Assembly: GCA_043824495.1 (NCBI GenBank)
Contig: JBDRSV010000005.1
Span: forward strand, 64,001-128,000
Origin: Candidatus Aenigmatarchaeota archaeon
GTDB taxonomy: Archaea > Aenigmatarchaeota > Aenigmatarchaeia > QMZP01
Length of the DNA stretch: 64,000 nt
Direction: 5' to 3'
The position numbers and the translations under genes were made by a program. The number at the start of each line of letters is the position of its first letter. Within the stretch, counting starts at the first letter, position 1. The notes under the pieces are model-generated. The model was not told the origin of the DNA and ran no database searches. It saw nothing but the letters and a program-made list of their open reading frames with translations. Of this stretch, positions 28,567 to 38,971 are shown piece after piece.

Positions 28567-29055
28567 CTATAGACTTTCGTCGTCGTCATCGAGACTCATT
28601 TTAAATATGCCAATTAAATATTCATCTACTGCAACTATGATTCTATTACCATCAACATCAACTCTTTCTACGTATCCTCCAGATAGCTCTGGTGGGTAAA
28701 AAAGAGTGTATGTAGCAGTAGGATCTGATAAGAAGCTTGTTAAAGAGTCAATTGTTTTTGTTGGGTCAATATTAGGTTGTTTTATTACTTTACCATCCTG
28801 TGTCACTAAAGAATCTATAATATTTATGTTTGTTCTTGAATAAAGATCATTTGCGCGTTTTGCATAAAGGTTTAAATCTTCTGTAACAGCACCTGGATCA
28901 AGAGGAGCAGAATTGGTAGTCTTACCGTATTGGGAATTTATGCTATCATTTGTATTTGGGTCTGAATTTACATCTTGACATGCAGGCGTAACTACCAGAG
29001 CTCCAGCTATTGTAGTTGCAATTAGTTTATCAATCATCCTATTTCTATATCTCAT
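28567..29055 (-). CDS. Putative lipoprotein convergent with the RHS core gene (candidate immunity protein)
   Basis: Hydrophobic leader ending VTPAC; stop codons 2 bp apart. Confidence 0.5.
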   Translation of the reverse strand: MRYRNRMIDKLIATTIAGALVVTPACQDVNSDPNTNDSINSQYGKTTNSAPLDPGAVTEDLNLYAKRANDLYSRTNINIIDSLVTQDGKVIKQPNIDPTKTIDSLTSFLSDPTATYTLFYPPELSGGYVERVDVDGNRIIVAVDEYLIGIFKMSLDDDDESL

Positions 29056-29170
29056 AATAAAATCTTAAAGGGGAGGGTTTAAATAGATTTTTTACGCTTT
29101 ATACTGTGGTCTTTCCTTATGAAATCATATACTCTGAGAATAAATGTTCAATTGAACTAATACAATAGAT

Positions 29171-29854
29171 TCAATTAAGTTGACAAGCCGGTTGTATAAT
29201 TGCTGAGTCACATACTTCATTGGTTTCTTTTTGTTCTCCGTTTTTTGTGTAAGTTAGTTTACAACAAACACTGACAGTATTGGTTTGTATTGGGTTTACT
29301 GGTATATAATTTCCAGTTATATCAGTTTCACTACAACTTCTGACTACAACTTTTTGATAGACATTTCCATTAGTAGTTGCTGTACAATATAATTCCCCAT
29401 AACCTTCTGGGATATCACAGTTGAAATAAAGGTTTTGGACTTCTGTATCACAGCTGAATAAGTTAGGGTTGCTCATGCAGTTTCTGCATCCTATTTGGTG
29501 ATCCAAAATCCACTTAAATCTATCTGTATCTATTCTAACAGAATTAGCTTCTAGAATAACCAATTCAGATGGGGCTATCACATTGTCATTTGTCATTGGT
29601 TCAATGGCATCGCAGACCCCATTAGAGTTATCGTCTAGACAACAGCTAATACCATCAGCTATGTACGGTGGGTTGCATATAGTTGGTTTCTCTGTTTGTG
29701 TATCAGTTGGTTGTCCAGAAAAAATAATAATTATAACAACTATTAGAACCAATAAAGAGATGAAGTAGTAATGTCTGTTTGCTTGTTTCTTAGTTACCCT
29801 AGGTTTTGAAACTTTCTTTGTGATCTTTCTTTTTGTTTTCTTAGCTTTCGCCAT
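29171..29854 (-). CDS. Membrane-anchored Cys-containing surface protein
   Basis: Basic N-terminus, one TM segment, CNPPYIADGISCCLDDNSNGVCD motif. Confidence 0.7.
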   Translation of the reverse strand: MAKAKKTKRKITKKVSKPRVTKKQANRHYYFISLLVLIVVIIIIFSGQPTDTQTEKPTICNPPYIADGISCCLDDNSNGVCDAIEPMTNDNVIAPSELVILEANSVRIDTDRFKWILDHQIGCRNCMSNPNLFSCDTEVQNLYFNCDIPEGYGELYCTATTNGNVYQKVVVRSCSETDITGNYIPVNPIQTNTVSVCCKLTYTKNGEQKETNEVCDSAIIQPACQLN

Positions 29855-29913
29855 TAATTAAAAATTGGTTGCGCCTGCTTAAATCTTTTAAATCTTATTG
29901 CTAATTATTATTT

Positions 29914-30438
29914 ATGCACAGAAATCCAAGAAAGGGTGCTGTAGGCATAATAATAATAGTGATTCTTCTAATAGGTGCAGCAGTTGTCGTCTACACGTTA
30001 CCCGATGATACATTTAATGACCCTAATACTAATCCTAATCCTGAACAGTTCTATTACGAGGACTGTGGTTACATAGGTTCATCTCCTTGCGTGGATGATA
30101 TTGGTCCATATTGTATTGAAGGAAATCTTGATTATAATGGAGAAAAGTGCGTAACAGCTGATTATAACAACAACCAAGAATACAATGACCCATATTATGA
30201 TAATCCAAATAATGGTAATACAGGTTCTAATGGATATGATTCTGGTCAGAACACAGGCTCCAACACAGGAGCTGAAAATTGTGGCTATCTGAATGAACCA
30301 TGCTGTGAGGGAGAGTTCACAATAGACGAGTTCGGCATGCCAAGAGTTCCTCAATGGTGCTATGATGACCTTGAGTGTAGAGCAGAGATCTGTGTAGAAG
30401 GTCCTGGATACACATCTACCCCAAGACCAAATTATTAG
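29914..30438 (+). CDS. Membrane-anchored Cys/Asn-rich protein
   Basis: Pilin-like RKGAVGIII leader; two CGYxxxPC modules. Confidence 0.65.
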   Translation: MHRNPRKGAVGIIIIVILLIGAAVVVYTLPDDTFNDPNTNPNPEQFYYEDCGYIGSSPCVDDIGPYCIEGNLDYNGEKCVTADYNNNQEYNDPYYDNPNNGNTGSNGYDSGQNTGSNTGAENCGYLNEPCCEGEFTIDEFGMPRVPQWCYDDLECRAEICVEGPGYTSTPRPNY

Positions 30439-30476
30439 GGGAAACACTTATATCGGGATCAAACCAACTATTTAAT

Positions 30477-30743
30477 ATGCTGGAAATATTCCTAGCAGGT
30501 TTCCTTGGTGGTGTAATAAGAGGACTTGTTGGAATATCCAAAGAAATTCGTTCTTCTCCAACTAAAAAGAAAAAACTCAGATTGGATTATTTTGTTGTAA
30601 CTCTATTAGCTTCTGGAGGATTGGGTTTATTGGTTGGTGTTTTCATAGCAGATGATATACGTTTCGCTTTACTTGCTGGATATGCAGGAACAGATTTCTT
30701 AGAGAACCTATACAAGATTAAGATGAAGAAAAGGAATTGGTGA
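30477..30743 (+). CDS. Small membrane protein
   Basis: Gly-rich TM helices (AGFLGGVIRGLVG, AGYAGTDFLE). Confidence 0.7.
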   Translation: MLEIFLAGFLGGVIRGLVGISKEIRSSPTKKKKLRLDYFVVTLLASGGLGLLVGVFIADDIRFALLAGYAGTDFLENLYKIKMKKRNW

Positions 30744-30744
30744 T

Positions 30745-31239
30745 ATGAGACTAAGCTTACTCATATTAATTGTTTCACTTCTTATTTTACCTTCTGTAAA
30801 TGCCCATATAGAACAGTTATCTTCTACAATAGAAGGTGATTGCAGAGAATATAATGTAACTGTTGTTCCACATGGTTTTACTGAAAATTGTTACGATGTA
30901 AAAATAGATGTGACTAGCACGAGAGGTAGGGTTGGGGAGATATTTGATTCTAGAGAAGGATGGAAATCCTCTTTCTTTTATGTAAGTAATGATTTGTGTA
31001 TATCAGATTCTGAAGTGTTTGAGAAGACGTATCAAGTAAGAGCAGATGACTCAGAAATACTGAATTTCAAAACAACAATTAGATTTGGAGAGAAATTGTG
31101 GTCAACTGAGTATTATGAGATAACACAGGGTTGCCCTGAATTAGTTGAAGGAGACGATAAAGAATTCTGGATATCCACAGGAATTGTTTTGATTGTTTTA
31201 CTGGCGTCAATAGTTTATTATGTGAAATTAAGTGAATAG
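30745..31239 (+). CDS. Secreted protein with C-terminal TM anchor
   Basis: Signal peptide and terminal TM segment. Confidence 0.7.
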   Translation: MRLSLLILIVSLLILPSVNAHIEQLSSTIEGDCREYNVTVVPHGFTENCYDVKIDVTSTRGRVGEIFDSREGWKSSFFYVSNDLCISDSEVFEKTYQVRADDSEILNFKTTIRFGEKLWSTEYYEITQGCPELVEGDDKEFWISTGIVLIVLLASIVYYVKLSE

Positions 31240-31293
31240 AGTATGTTGAGTAATAAAAAAATAGTGAATTATCTGTAGAGCAGTATAAGGATT

Positions 31294-31500
31294 ATGATGA
31301 AAAATAAAAAATCAGTGAAGTTCGCATGGCTTATAATTGGTATAGCAATGATATTCTTAGGTGGAATTTTAACCGGAATGATTTATTATCATTTCTCTGT
31401 TCTAGGGTCTAAACTAGGAAGTCCATTGGAACAATATTTTATAAGCTTAGGAATGACATTGATAGGATTAGTATTCGTTGCGCATAGTGTTGATAATTAG
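31294..31500 (+). CDS. Two-TM small protein
   Basis: 68 aa with two hydrophobic segments. Confidence 0.55.
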   Translation: MMKNKKSVKFAWLIIGIAMIFLGGILTGMIYYHFSVLGSKLGSPLEQYFISLGMTLIGLVFVAHSVDN

Positions 31501-32343
31501 TTATTCACCAAAATCTTCGTTCATTGTTTCTGGATTCCAACATACACGGAAGTTCTCGTCCATAGAATTTAGTTTTTTCATATCTTCTTCTGATATTTCA
31601 AAATCGAAGACGTTTGAGTTCTCTTGTATTCTTTCTTCATGGGTTGATTTTGGTAATACAATGATCTCTTTTTGTAGTGCCCATCTAACAAGGATTTGAG
31701 CGGGAGTTTTAGAATACTTTGAAGAAATCTCAATGAGTAATGGATCATTTAGTTTTTTGCCTCTTGTGAGAGGGCTATATGCTTCAATATAAATTTCTTT
31801 TGAACGGCAGAACTTTAAAAGAGTTTTTTGATTCAGGTATGGACTAAATTCAACTTGATTTACTGCAGGTATTATTGATGAATTTTCTATTAATTCTTCA
31901 AGATGTTTAATAGTGAAATTACTTACACCAATTGCTTTGCATCTACCTGATTTTAGAATTTCTTCTAGAGCTCTCCATGAATCAAGTTTTAGTTTTTGGA
32001 CAGGCCAGTGAATTAAATATAAATCAATATAATCAAGACCAAGGTTCTCAAAACTTTTATCAAAAGCTTTCAAAGCCTTTTCATAACCGTGATCATCATT
32101 TTTTAATTTTGTTGTAACAAATATCTTTTCTCTTGAGATTCCACTCTCTCTTATAGCTTCGCCTACACTTTGTTCATTTCCATAATAAGCAGCAGTATCT
32201 ATATGAATATAACCAGCTTTCAAAGCCCATAAAACAGATTGTTTGGTTTCATCACCTTGAGGAATCTGATATGTTCCAAAACCAAGTTGTGGTATTTCTA
32301 CCCCGTTATTCAACTTAATTTTTGATGTTATTTCTAGAGTCAT
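31501..32343 (-). CDS. Aldo/keto reductase (2,5-diketo-D-gluconate reductase-like)
   Basis: GFGTYQ, IDTAAYYGNE, DLYLIHWP, IGVSNF, NQVEFSP, LPKS. Confidence 0.95.
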   Translation of the reverse strand: MTLEITSKIKLNNGVEIPQLGFGTYQIPQGDETKQSVLWALKAGYIHIDTAAYYGNEQSVGEAIRESGISREKIFVTTKLKNDDHGYEKALKAFDKSFENLGLDYIDLYLIHWPVQKLKLDSWRALEEILKSGRCKAIGVSNFTIKHLEELIENSSIIPAVNQVEFSPYLNQKTLLKFCRSKEIYIEAYSPLTRGKKLNDPLLIEISSKYSKTPAQILVRWALQKEIIVLPKSTHEERIQENSNVFDFEISEEDMKKLNSMDENFRVCWNPETMNEDFGE

Positions 32344-32467
32344 AATTGAATTATAACACTATGAAATAAAAAGTTTTAAGACCCTGAAACAATCAATAAA
32401 CATGGTTGAAACTCCTTAAATATTCTCAGGTACGAAGAAAAATTGGAAGTCTGTAATCAAATTTTTA

Positions 32468-33100
32468 GTGTTCTCTTTTATTTTCTTATTCTTGGAGTTT
32501 GCCTATCAATTTTATTTCCTAATACCAGGACAAATGCAATTGGCTATGATCAGAAGTTTTGCATTTTCAGGAGCAACATTCTTTGCTTTGGCTTTGTTGT
32601 TAAGCGTTGTATTCAAGTTCAAATCCAGATTAGCTAAGCACTGGCCTACGAGAAGAAATTTGGGTGTACTAGGTTTCCTTTTCATAGTTATTCATGTTTT
32701 TAGTGTGATACAAACAAATTTCCAAGGAGATGTTTCAGGAACTTTCTATAATCTAAATCCCTTAGTAAATCCTCTAATATTTGGTTGGTTAGCTTATCCA
32801 ATATTCTTTTTACTATTCATTACATCAAGTGATTGGGCTGTAGCTAAGCTAAGGACAAAGTGGAAAGTTGTCCAGAGATTGATGTACTTCGGTTACCTGG
32901 GAGCTGTTCTACACTTCCTAACAATCAATCCATCAGCTCTTTGGAACATCGCTGGTTATTTGTTGATATTTGTAACTATACTGGCTATGGCTGGTGGATT
33001 ATTCTGGTTCATTAAATTAGTTGCGTCAGGAAGATCATCTAGAAGGGGAATCATAATCATACTGTTATGGATTCTTGGATTATATCTAATCTTCTTTTGA
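32468..33100 (+). CDS. MsrQ/YedZ-like ferric reductase-family membrane protein; natural start may be ATG 32402, blocked by TAA 32417
   Basis: RRNLGVLGF...HV, ITSSDWAV..L...WK.VQRLMY....VLHF. Confidence 0.8.
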   Translation: MFSFIFLFLEFAYQFYFLIPGQMQLAMIRSFAFSGATFFALALLLSVVFKFKSRLAKHWPTRRNLGVLGFLFIVIHVFSVIQTNFQGDVSGTFYNLNPLVNPLIFGWLAYPIFFLLFITSSDWAVAKLRTKWKVVQRLMYFGYLGAVLHFLTINPSALWNIAGYLLIFVTILAMAGGLFWFIKLVASGRSSRRGIIIILLWILGLYLIFF

Positions 33101-33133
33101 TGAGTTTTTATTTCCTAGATCCAATTACTTTCT

Positions 33134-33829
33134 ATGTTCGAACAAGTCAAGAGAGACTTAGAAAAATTATCAAATCCAGACAAAGCCGGTCTTTATCAAA
33201 AATTCTTCAAAATTGGCAAAGGACAATATGAAGAAGGTGATGTATTCATTGGATTATCTGTTCCAGAACAGAGAAGCATAGCAAAAAAATATATAGATAT
33301 TTCTTTTGATGATGTGAAGAAACTAATTAAAAGTGAGATTCATGAACATCGTTTGACAGGATTCTTGATTCTTGTTCAAAAATTCGAGAAAGCAAACAAA
33401 GCAGAGAAAAGAGAGATAGTGCACTTCTATTTAACTCATACTAAGCATGTGAACAACTGGGATCTAGTTGATCTATCTGCAAGTAGAATTCTAGGCACTT
33501 ACTTACTCGACAAAGATAGAAGAGTGTTGTATGGTCTAGCAAAATCAGATAACTTATGGGAGAGAAGAATCTCCATAGTCTCTACATATGCTTTCATAAT
33601 AAATCACCAGTTTGATGACACTATTAAGATTTCTAGACTCCTTCTTCGCGATAGTCATGATCTAATACACAAAGCTGTTGGTTGGATGCTTAGAGAAGTT
33701 GGAAAGAAGGATCTAGCTAAAGAAGAAGAATTCTTAAAAAAGCATTATAAAGAGATGCCTAGAACTATGCTTAGATATGCAATAGAAAAATTCCCAGAAA
33801 GAAAAAGAAAACACTATATGAGAAAGTAA
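33134..33829 (+). CDS. alkD: AlkD-family DNA alkylation repair enzyme
   Basis: NNWDLVDLSA, LWERRISIV, DLIHKAVGWMLRE, MPRTMLRYAIEKF. Confidence 0.9.
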   Translation: MFEQVKRDLEKLSNPDKAGLYQKFFKIGKGQYEEGDVFIGLSVPEQRSIAKKYIDISFDDVKKLIKSEIHEHRLTGFLILVQKFEKANKAEKREIVHFYLTHTKHVNNWDLVDLSASRILGTYLLDKDRRVLYGLAKSDNLWERRISIVSTYAFIINHQFDDTIKISRLLLRDSHDLIHKAVGWMLREVGKKDLAKEEEFLKKHYKEMPRTMLRYAIEKFPERKRKHYMRK

Positions 33830-34420
33830 TCAGTATGGTGTACCTTTGTCTCTCTCGTTCTTGAATGCGTTTAGATACCAATCAAACTCATCTAAGAATT
33901 TGCCTACTCTTCTGTCATATGCCTCATTTGTAGCTTTTCCGTTCTCATCAAAAGAGTCTTGAACTGCTGATATTGGGAAAGCTGAGGGTATAGAAGGCAT
34001 TCCTAATTCAGCTAATATGTCTCTTAGATGAACAGCTACTCTTATTCCACCAAAAGGTCCTGCTGAATATGTTACTATAGCAGAAGGTTTGAAATGATAT
34101 TCCTTTTGGAAATGATCTAGCATATTCTTCAGTGCTGGAGGAGTTGCATGATTGTATTCTCCACTGACTACAACAAAACCATCAGCTTCTGAGAGCATTT
34201 GAGCTATTTTCTCCATTTCTTTAGGGGCTTTTCCCTTCTCATACTCCTTGTACATCTTGTCCAGAAATGGGAGTTTGTGCTCCATGGCATCGACTAAATA
34301 TGATTCGTGGCCTCTTTCTTTGAGCTTATTCACCATAAATTTAGCTGCCTTTATTCCTTGTCTTTCAGATCTTGTAGATCCGTATAAAACTGCAATTTTC
34401 ATAATTATCACCTGTTTCAA
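33830..34420 (-). CDS. NADPH-dependent FMN reductase
   Basis: GSTRSERQG, GEYNHATPPALKN.LD, GPFGGIR. Confidence 0.92.
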   Translation of the reverse strand: MKQVIIMKIAVLYGSTRSERQGIKAAKFMVNKLKERGHESYLVDAMEHKLPFLDKMYKEYEKGKAPKEMEKIAQMLSEADGFVVVSGEYNHATPPALKNMLDHFQKEYHFKPSAIVTYSAGPFGGIRVAVHLRDILAELGMPSIPSAFPISAVQDSFDENGKATNEAYDRRVGKFLDEFDWYLNAFKNERDKGTPY

Positions 34421-34469
34421 TGCTATTTGTTAGTGATATAAAGACGTGGCTTTATAATTAAAAACAGTT

Positions 34470-35687
34470 TTAATCATTCTCTTTATTATTCAGATCTATA
34501 TTCTCTATACCCAGGAAATCTGATATGATCTTATTATTCATTTGGTTTGGTTTCCCTTTAGGAATAATTTGTAGATGAGGATATGCTATTTCTACTGTTG
34601 GTTCTCTCTTAACGAAATCGAGAAATTCCGAGTTTATCATAGTTTTCGTTGTTCTTAGCATGTCATATGGAGCCATGAAAAAAGTAGTTAATACTATAGA
34701 AGAGTCTGCCATTTCAACATGTATTTTTGGCTTGAGCTGATCAGGTATCTCTTCAAATGTCCCTTTAATATCTTCTTTTTCTTTCTCGAGGATTTCTATT
34801 TGTTCTTTTATTTTTTCTCCACGTTCCTTATTTCTGGATATTTCAATTCTCTTGGATAATTTCTCTATGTTGCTATCTATGAAAGATATTCTCTTTGTCA
34901 ACCTGCTTTTAAACATATGAACGTTCTTTTTTGTTGTATTGTTTACTATAGACTCAAATGCTTTCTTGGCCTTTCTCCAGTCACTTTCATATGTTATTGA
35001 AATATTGAGCTCTGTCTTCAAAAAATTATTATCTTTGGTAAAATTTTCAACAGGCTGAACAAGAACCAGTTCATTTGGAATCGATACAAGTTTACCGCTG
35101 TGTTCATCTGTGCCTGTAAGAAGACTTTTAAGAATAGTATGCATTGCCTTTATCTCAACGACGTCTCCAGCAATATCTCCGATTTTTATTCTGTCGCCTA
35201 CATCAAAACTTTTATGTGCGTTTATGCTAGCCCATCCTACAAGATTGAGTATCGGTTTCTGTAGAGCGAATGTTACACCAAAACCTATTAAACCAAGAGA
35301 TGTCAATAGAGCCCCCACATCACCAAAAATAATGTGGGCGCTGAGGGCAAAGAATACAATCCACAATCCGTATCTAATGTATGTTGTTATACCAATAGAT
35401 TTCTGCTGAGAATCTTCAGGTTTTGTTTTTGTTATTATCTTTAGAGATGATGTAACAAGTTTCACCAGAACAAACATGAATATTATAGCTAAGACTTTAG
35501 GTGCTGATGCTATGACAGATGGTTCAAGAGCAGTAGATAGCCCACAATCTCCATAAACACACATCCCAGAAAGAAATACACCTATTGCCAACAGTACAAC
35601 AATTCTTGTGAAGCTATTAGCATTAAGAAGTTTAGACATAATTATAATATATCTCAGGTTAAATAAATCCTTGAAATATGGCTGCAT
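34470..35687 (-). CDS. mscS: Small-conductance mechanosensitive channel
   Basis: GLIGFGVTFALQ, FDVGDRIKIG..AGDV.EI, SIPNE, IAYPH. Confidence 0.9.
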   Translation of the reverse strand: MQPYFKDLFNLRYIIIMSKLLNANSFTRIVVLLAIGVFLSGMCVYGDCGLSTALEPSVIASAPKVLAIIFMFVLVKLVTSSLKIITKTKPEDSQQKSIGITTYIRYGLWIVFFALSAHIIFGDVGALLTSLGLIGFGVTFALQKPILNLVGWASINAHKSFDVGDRIKIGDIAGDVVEIKAMHTILKSLLTGTDEHSGKLVSIPNELVLVQPVENFTKDNNFLKTELNISITYESDWRKAKKAFESIVNNTTKKNVHMFKSRLTKRISFIDSNIEKLSKRIEISRNKERGEKIKEQIEILEKEKEDIKGTFEEIPDQLKPKIHVEMADSSIVLTTFFMAPYDMLRTTKTMINSEFLDFVKREPTVEIAYPHLQIIPKGKPNQMNNKIISDFLGIENIDLNNKEND

Positions 35688-35755
35688 GGTTTTTATTTCG
35701 GTGAAATCCGAACAAAAACGAAAGACTTACTATATAGTAGATCCAATAATAATCT

Positions 35756-36793
35756 ATGAAGAAATTAATTGCTGTTTTAGTTCCTTTAATAATAATCATG
35801 TTAGTTACAATAACTTCTGGATGCACAAATATGGAGTTACCTTTACATGACACAGTTACTGACTTTCAAAGCTGTTTAGACGCTGGAAACCCTGCCATGG
35901 AAAGTCATCCAAGACAGTGTATGCATGAGGGAGTAACTTATATTGAACAACTTGGACCAGAACAATTTATCAATCTAATGCAAGCTGAAGTGGTATCTAC
36001 AAACGGACAACCAATAGAAGGATTCGAACCTATCATGTTTTTGCAAACATTTCCTGGATTAATGAAAAGTGACTTTGCGAATGTAGAAGCTCAACAAGGA
36101 GTGTATGTATTTGCAAACAATGAAGTTAATTTTGAAGCTGCTTCAGATGCAGGTCTCCTACATTCAGCAGGACAGTCAATTACAGATCAAGGAATGCTAA
36201 CACTATTGAATAATGTGGCTAATCGAATGTATGTGAAAGCGGAAACAAATGAAGAAATAGCTACGATAGTTGAATTATTGTTATGGGGAATTGACGAGCA
36301 AGCTGGTATAGCTAATCCTGCAGCAGTTTTCTGTGAAGAACAAGGCGGTTTCACTGTAGATGTAATAGAACCAGCAGGATCTCATGGATATTGCTCTCTA
36401 CCTGATGGAAGAATATGTGATCAATGGCCTTTCTTCAATTCCGGTGGGGATGAGTGTATAGAACTTGTTGAAGAACTCCCTGAACCCGTTGAAGTTTCAG
36501 AAGAAGATAGTATGAGAATAGGATTCTTGAAAGTTCTGAGCTCTCCTACATACACATTTGATGGATCTAATCTAGAACATACAGGAACAGAACAATTACA
36601 ATGCTCTTATTGCTGGGCTTTCACTTACACATTTGAATCTAGTCATTCTGGATACGGGGACAGAACAGATGAAGTGCTAGCACAAGTAATTACTCCTCAT
36701 GAAGCAGTTGTGATAGTTACCCAAGGTAAAGTCACAGGTGCAGATCTAGACGGTCAGTGGAATATGATTCGTCAAGAAAGAATAACAAGATAA
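35756..36793 (+). CDS. Lipoprotein with DUF333-like Cys domain
   Basis: ITSGC lipobox; IANPAAVFCEEQGG...GYCSLPDGRICDQW. Confidence 0.75.
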   Translation: MKKLIAVLVPLIIIMLVTITSGCTNMELPLHDTVTDFQSCLDAGNPAMESHPRQCMHEGVTYIEQLGPEQFINLMQAEVVSTNGQPIEGFEPIMFLQTFPGLMKSDFANVEAQQGVYVFANNEVNFEAASDAGLLHSAGQSITDQGMLTLLNNVANRMYVKAETNEEIATIVELLLWGIDEQAGIANPAAVFCEEQGGFTVDVIEPAGSHGYCSLPDGRICDQWPFFNSGGDECIELVEELPEPVEVSEEDSMRIGFLKVLSSPTYTFDGSNLEHTGTEQLQCSYCWAFTYTFESSHSGYGDRTDEVLAQVITPHEAVVIVTQGKVTGADLDGQWNMIRQERITR

Positions 36794-36820
36794 ATAAAAA
36801 ATTAGAGAGGAATTGCCTCT

Positions 36821-37054
36821 CTATTTATTTTCTTTTGGTGAAAGTAGCTTTGCTAATATGATTGTTACGATAACAACAACTATAGTTACTACAAGTGCGG
36901 CTATTGTTAATCCAATTTCACCGTTTGCGTCTTCATAAAGCGGCTTCAGCCATGCTGTTATTGCATCTTTCCATACGAGAGCTGCAACAAAACCTAGAGC
37001 TGCTGTTATTAAGACTAGTGTTTGTTTTTTAATTTCTTCTAGAACAGGTTTCAT
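36821..37054 (-). CDS. DUF5654-like two-TM protein
   Basis: LITAALGFVAALVWKDAI motif. Confidence 0.75.
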   Translation of the reverse strand: MKPVLEEIKKQTLVLITAALGFVAALVWKDAITAWLKPLYEDANGEIGLTIAALVVTIVVVIVTIILAKLLSPKENK

Positions 37055-37134
37055 TTAATCCCTCCTTGTTAGGGTATTGGTTTTTGGTGATATAAATCTA
37101 ATAGTATTTAAGTTTCCGCGTAGAATATTAAAAT

Positions 37135-37797
37135 ATGCCTACTATTGATTACTTACTTGATCCAGGTGAGAAAGTAATCTGGAGAGGAAAACCTAAATTC
37201 TGGCCTTTTGTATGGCCTTCTCTAATAATAATACCATTTGGTGTAATTTTCATGGCAATTCCTATAGCCATGGCATTTCTAGCTGGATTTGGTGTATATC
37301 TTTTTATCATCCCACACTTCTGGATAGGGGTGATAATGGTTGTTGGAGCTCCTTTATATTCAATGCTTGTGCATAAACACGTAGAATATGCAATAACAGA
37401 TAAGAGAGTGATGGTACAGAAAGGATTGATAGGAAGAGATTTCAATACAATAGATTATGAAAAAATACAAGATGTAAGTGTGAATGTTGGAATTATTGAT
37501 AAAATTTTCAACTGTGGAACAATTATTTCCACATCAGCTGGATATTTAAGGAATTATCAAGGAGGTGCTCATGGAAACACATTTTCAGTCCCAGGGAATC
37601 TATTCAAATCAATACCAGAGCCATATGAAGTTTACAAGCTTCTGAAGAAAGTTGTATTAGACGTGAAAACAGATATAAATTATCCTAATAAATACAGGCC
37701 TGATACAAACCCAGGATACGGGACAAAATACAGGGGAAAAGAATCACGGCGTTCTAGAGATGACATGTCAGCACCAAGACGTCCAAGACGCTATTAA
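37135..37797 (+). CDS. Bacterial-PH-domain membrane protein
   Basis: LDPGEKVIWRGKP, YAITDKRV, KIQDVSV...FNCGTI. Confidence 0.85.
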   Translation: MPTIDYLLDPGEKVIWRGKPKFWPFVWPSLIIIPFGVIFMAIPIAMAFLAGFGVYLFIIPHFWIGVIMVVGAPLYSMLVHKHVEYAITDKRVMVQKGLIGRDFNTIDYEKIQDVSVNVGIIDKIFNCGTIISTSAGYLRNYQGGAHGNTFSVPGNLFKSIPEPYEVYKLLKKVVLDVKTDINYPNKYRPDTNPGYGTKYRGKESRRSRDDMSAPRRPRRY

Positions 37798-37802
37798 ACT
37801 TC

Positions 37803-38582
37803 TTGATTCTTATAAACCCAAAGCAAGAGATTAATATGGCTGTAGCAAAAAACTTCTGGAAGATTGTAGATAAAGTGATAAATAGCGCAGATGTGATACT
37901 AGAAATTGTAGATGCTTCTCATCCAGATGAAACAAGAAATAAAGAAATAGAAGAAAAAGTAAAGAAAAGAGATAAAATTCTGATTACAGTTGTAAATAAA
38001 ATTGATTTAACAAAAAAAGCCAAATTCAAAGGTTTAATAAGACCTATTCTAATCTCAACTAAATCTCATATAGGAATTGGAAGATTGAGAAGTAAAATAA
38101 TGGCGGAAGCTGCTAGAGCTGGAGTTAAAAGTCCTTTAGTGGGAGTGGTTGGCTATCCAAATGTAGGTAAAAGTTCTGTGATTAATTCTTTGAAAGGAAG
38201 AAGATCAGCTAGAACTTCTAGTAGTTCTGGATTCACTAAAGGTTTACAAAATATAAGAGGTGGAGCAAATCTAATGCTTATAGATTCTCCTGGTGTGATA
38301 CCATACGGAGAACATGATGATATAAAACACATAAAAGCTCAAATAAAGAATCCAGAGAGCATCAAAGATCCTATTGGAGTTGTCTTACAAATAATAAAAG
38401 AAAATCCAGGGAAATTACAAAAACACTATGGAGTGAGCAATAGTAGAGCCGAAGATAAAGAGGAGATAATAGAAAGAATAGCTCAAAAGAAACATATTCT
38501 CAAAAAGGGCGGAGTACCAGACACAGATAGGATGGCCCTATTCATTCTAAAAGACGTATACAAAGGCAAGATCAAGATTTAG
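37803..38582 (+). CDS. Circularly permuted GTPase, RbgA/YlqF family
   Basis: Motif order NKID, GYPNVGKSS, DSPG. Confidence 0.92.
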   Translation: MILINPKQEINMAVAKNFWKIVDKVINSADVILEIVDASHPDETRNKEIEEKVKKRDKILITVVNKIDLTKKAKFKGLIRPILISTKSHIGIGRLRSKIMAEAARAGVKSPLVGVVGYPNVGKSSVINSLKGRRSARTSSSSGFTKGLQNIRGGANLMLIDSPGVIPYGEHDDIKHIKAQIKNPESIKDPIGVVLQIIKENPGKLQKHYGVSNSRAEDKEEIIERIAQKKHILKKGGVPDTDRMALFILKDVYKGKIKI

Positions 38583-38623
38583 TTAAACATGGGATATTTA
38601 AACAGAATTTCTAATATAGAAAG

Positions 38624-38971
38624 ATGGAAATTAGAGGAATTGTGGTTTCTGGTGCTAGAGAAGGAGAAATCTACGTGCCTAGATACAATAAAATTTTCTT
38701 AGAGAAACTTGGATTTGAAGCTTTTCCCGGAACCCTAAATATAAGAGTAGAAGAGAAACCTGTTCTAGAGAATGAAATTAAAATAATTCCAGATAAAGGA
38801 TTCAAACTTAAATGTTTCAATATTAGTATACATGATAACAAAGGCGCTATTATAGTGCCTGAAGAAACCAAACACAGCGAAAACATTCTAGAAATTGTCT
38901 CTCCCATAAATTTGAGAGAGAAACTAAATCTAAAAGACGGAGATGAAGTTATATGCCAAAAATTGGATTAG
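38624..38971 (+). CDS. ribK: CTP-dependent archaeal riboflavin kinase
   Basis: GIVVSGAREG, LGFEAFPGTLN, LEIVSPINLREKLNLKDGDEV. Confidence 0.92.
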   Translation: MEIRGIVVSGAREGEIYVPRYNKIFLEKLGFEAFPGTLNIRVEEKPVLENEIKIIPDKGFKLKCFNISIHDNKGAIIVPEETKHSENILEIVSPINLREKLNLKDGDEVICQKLD

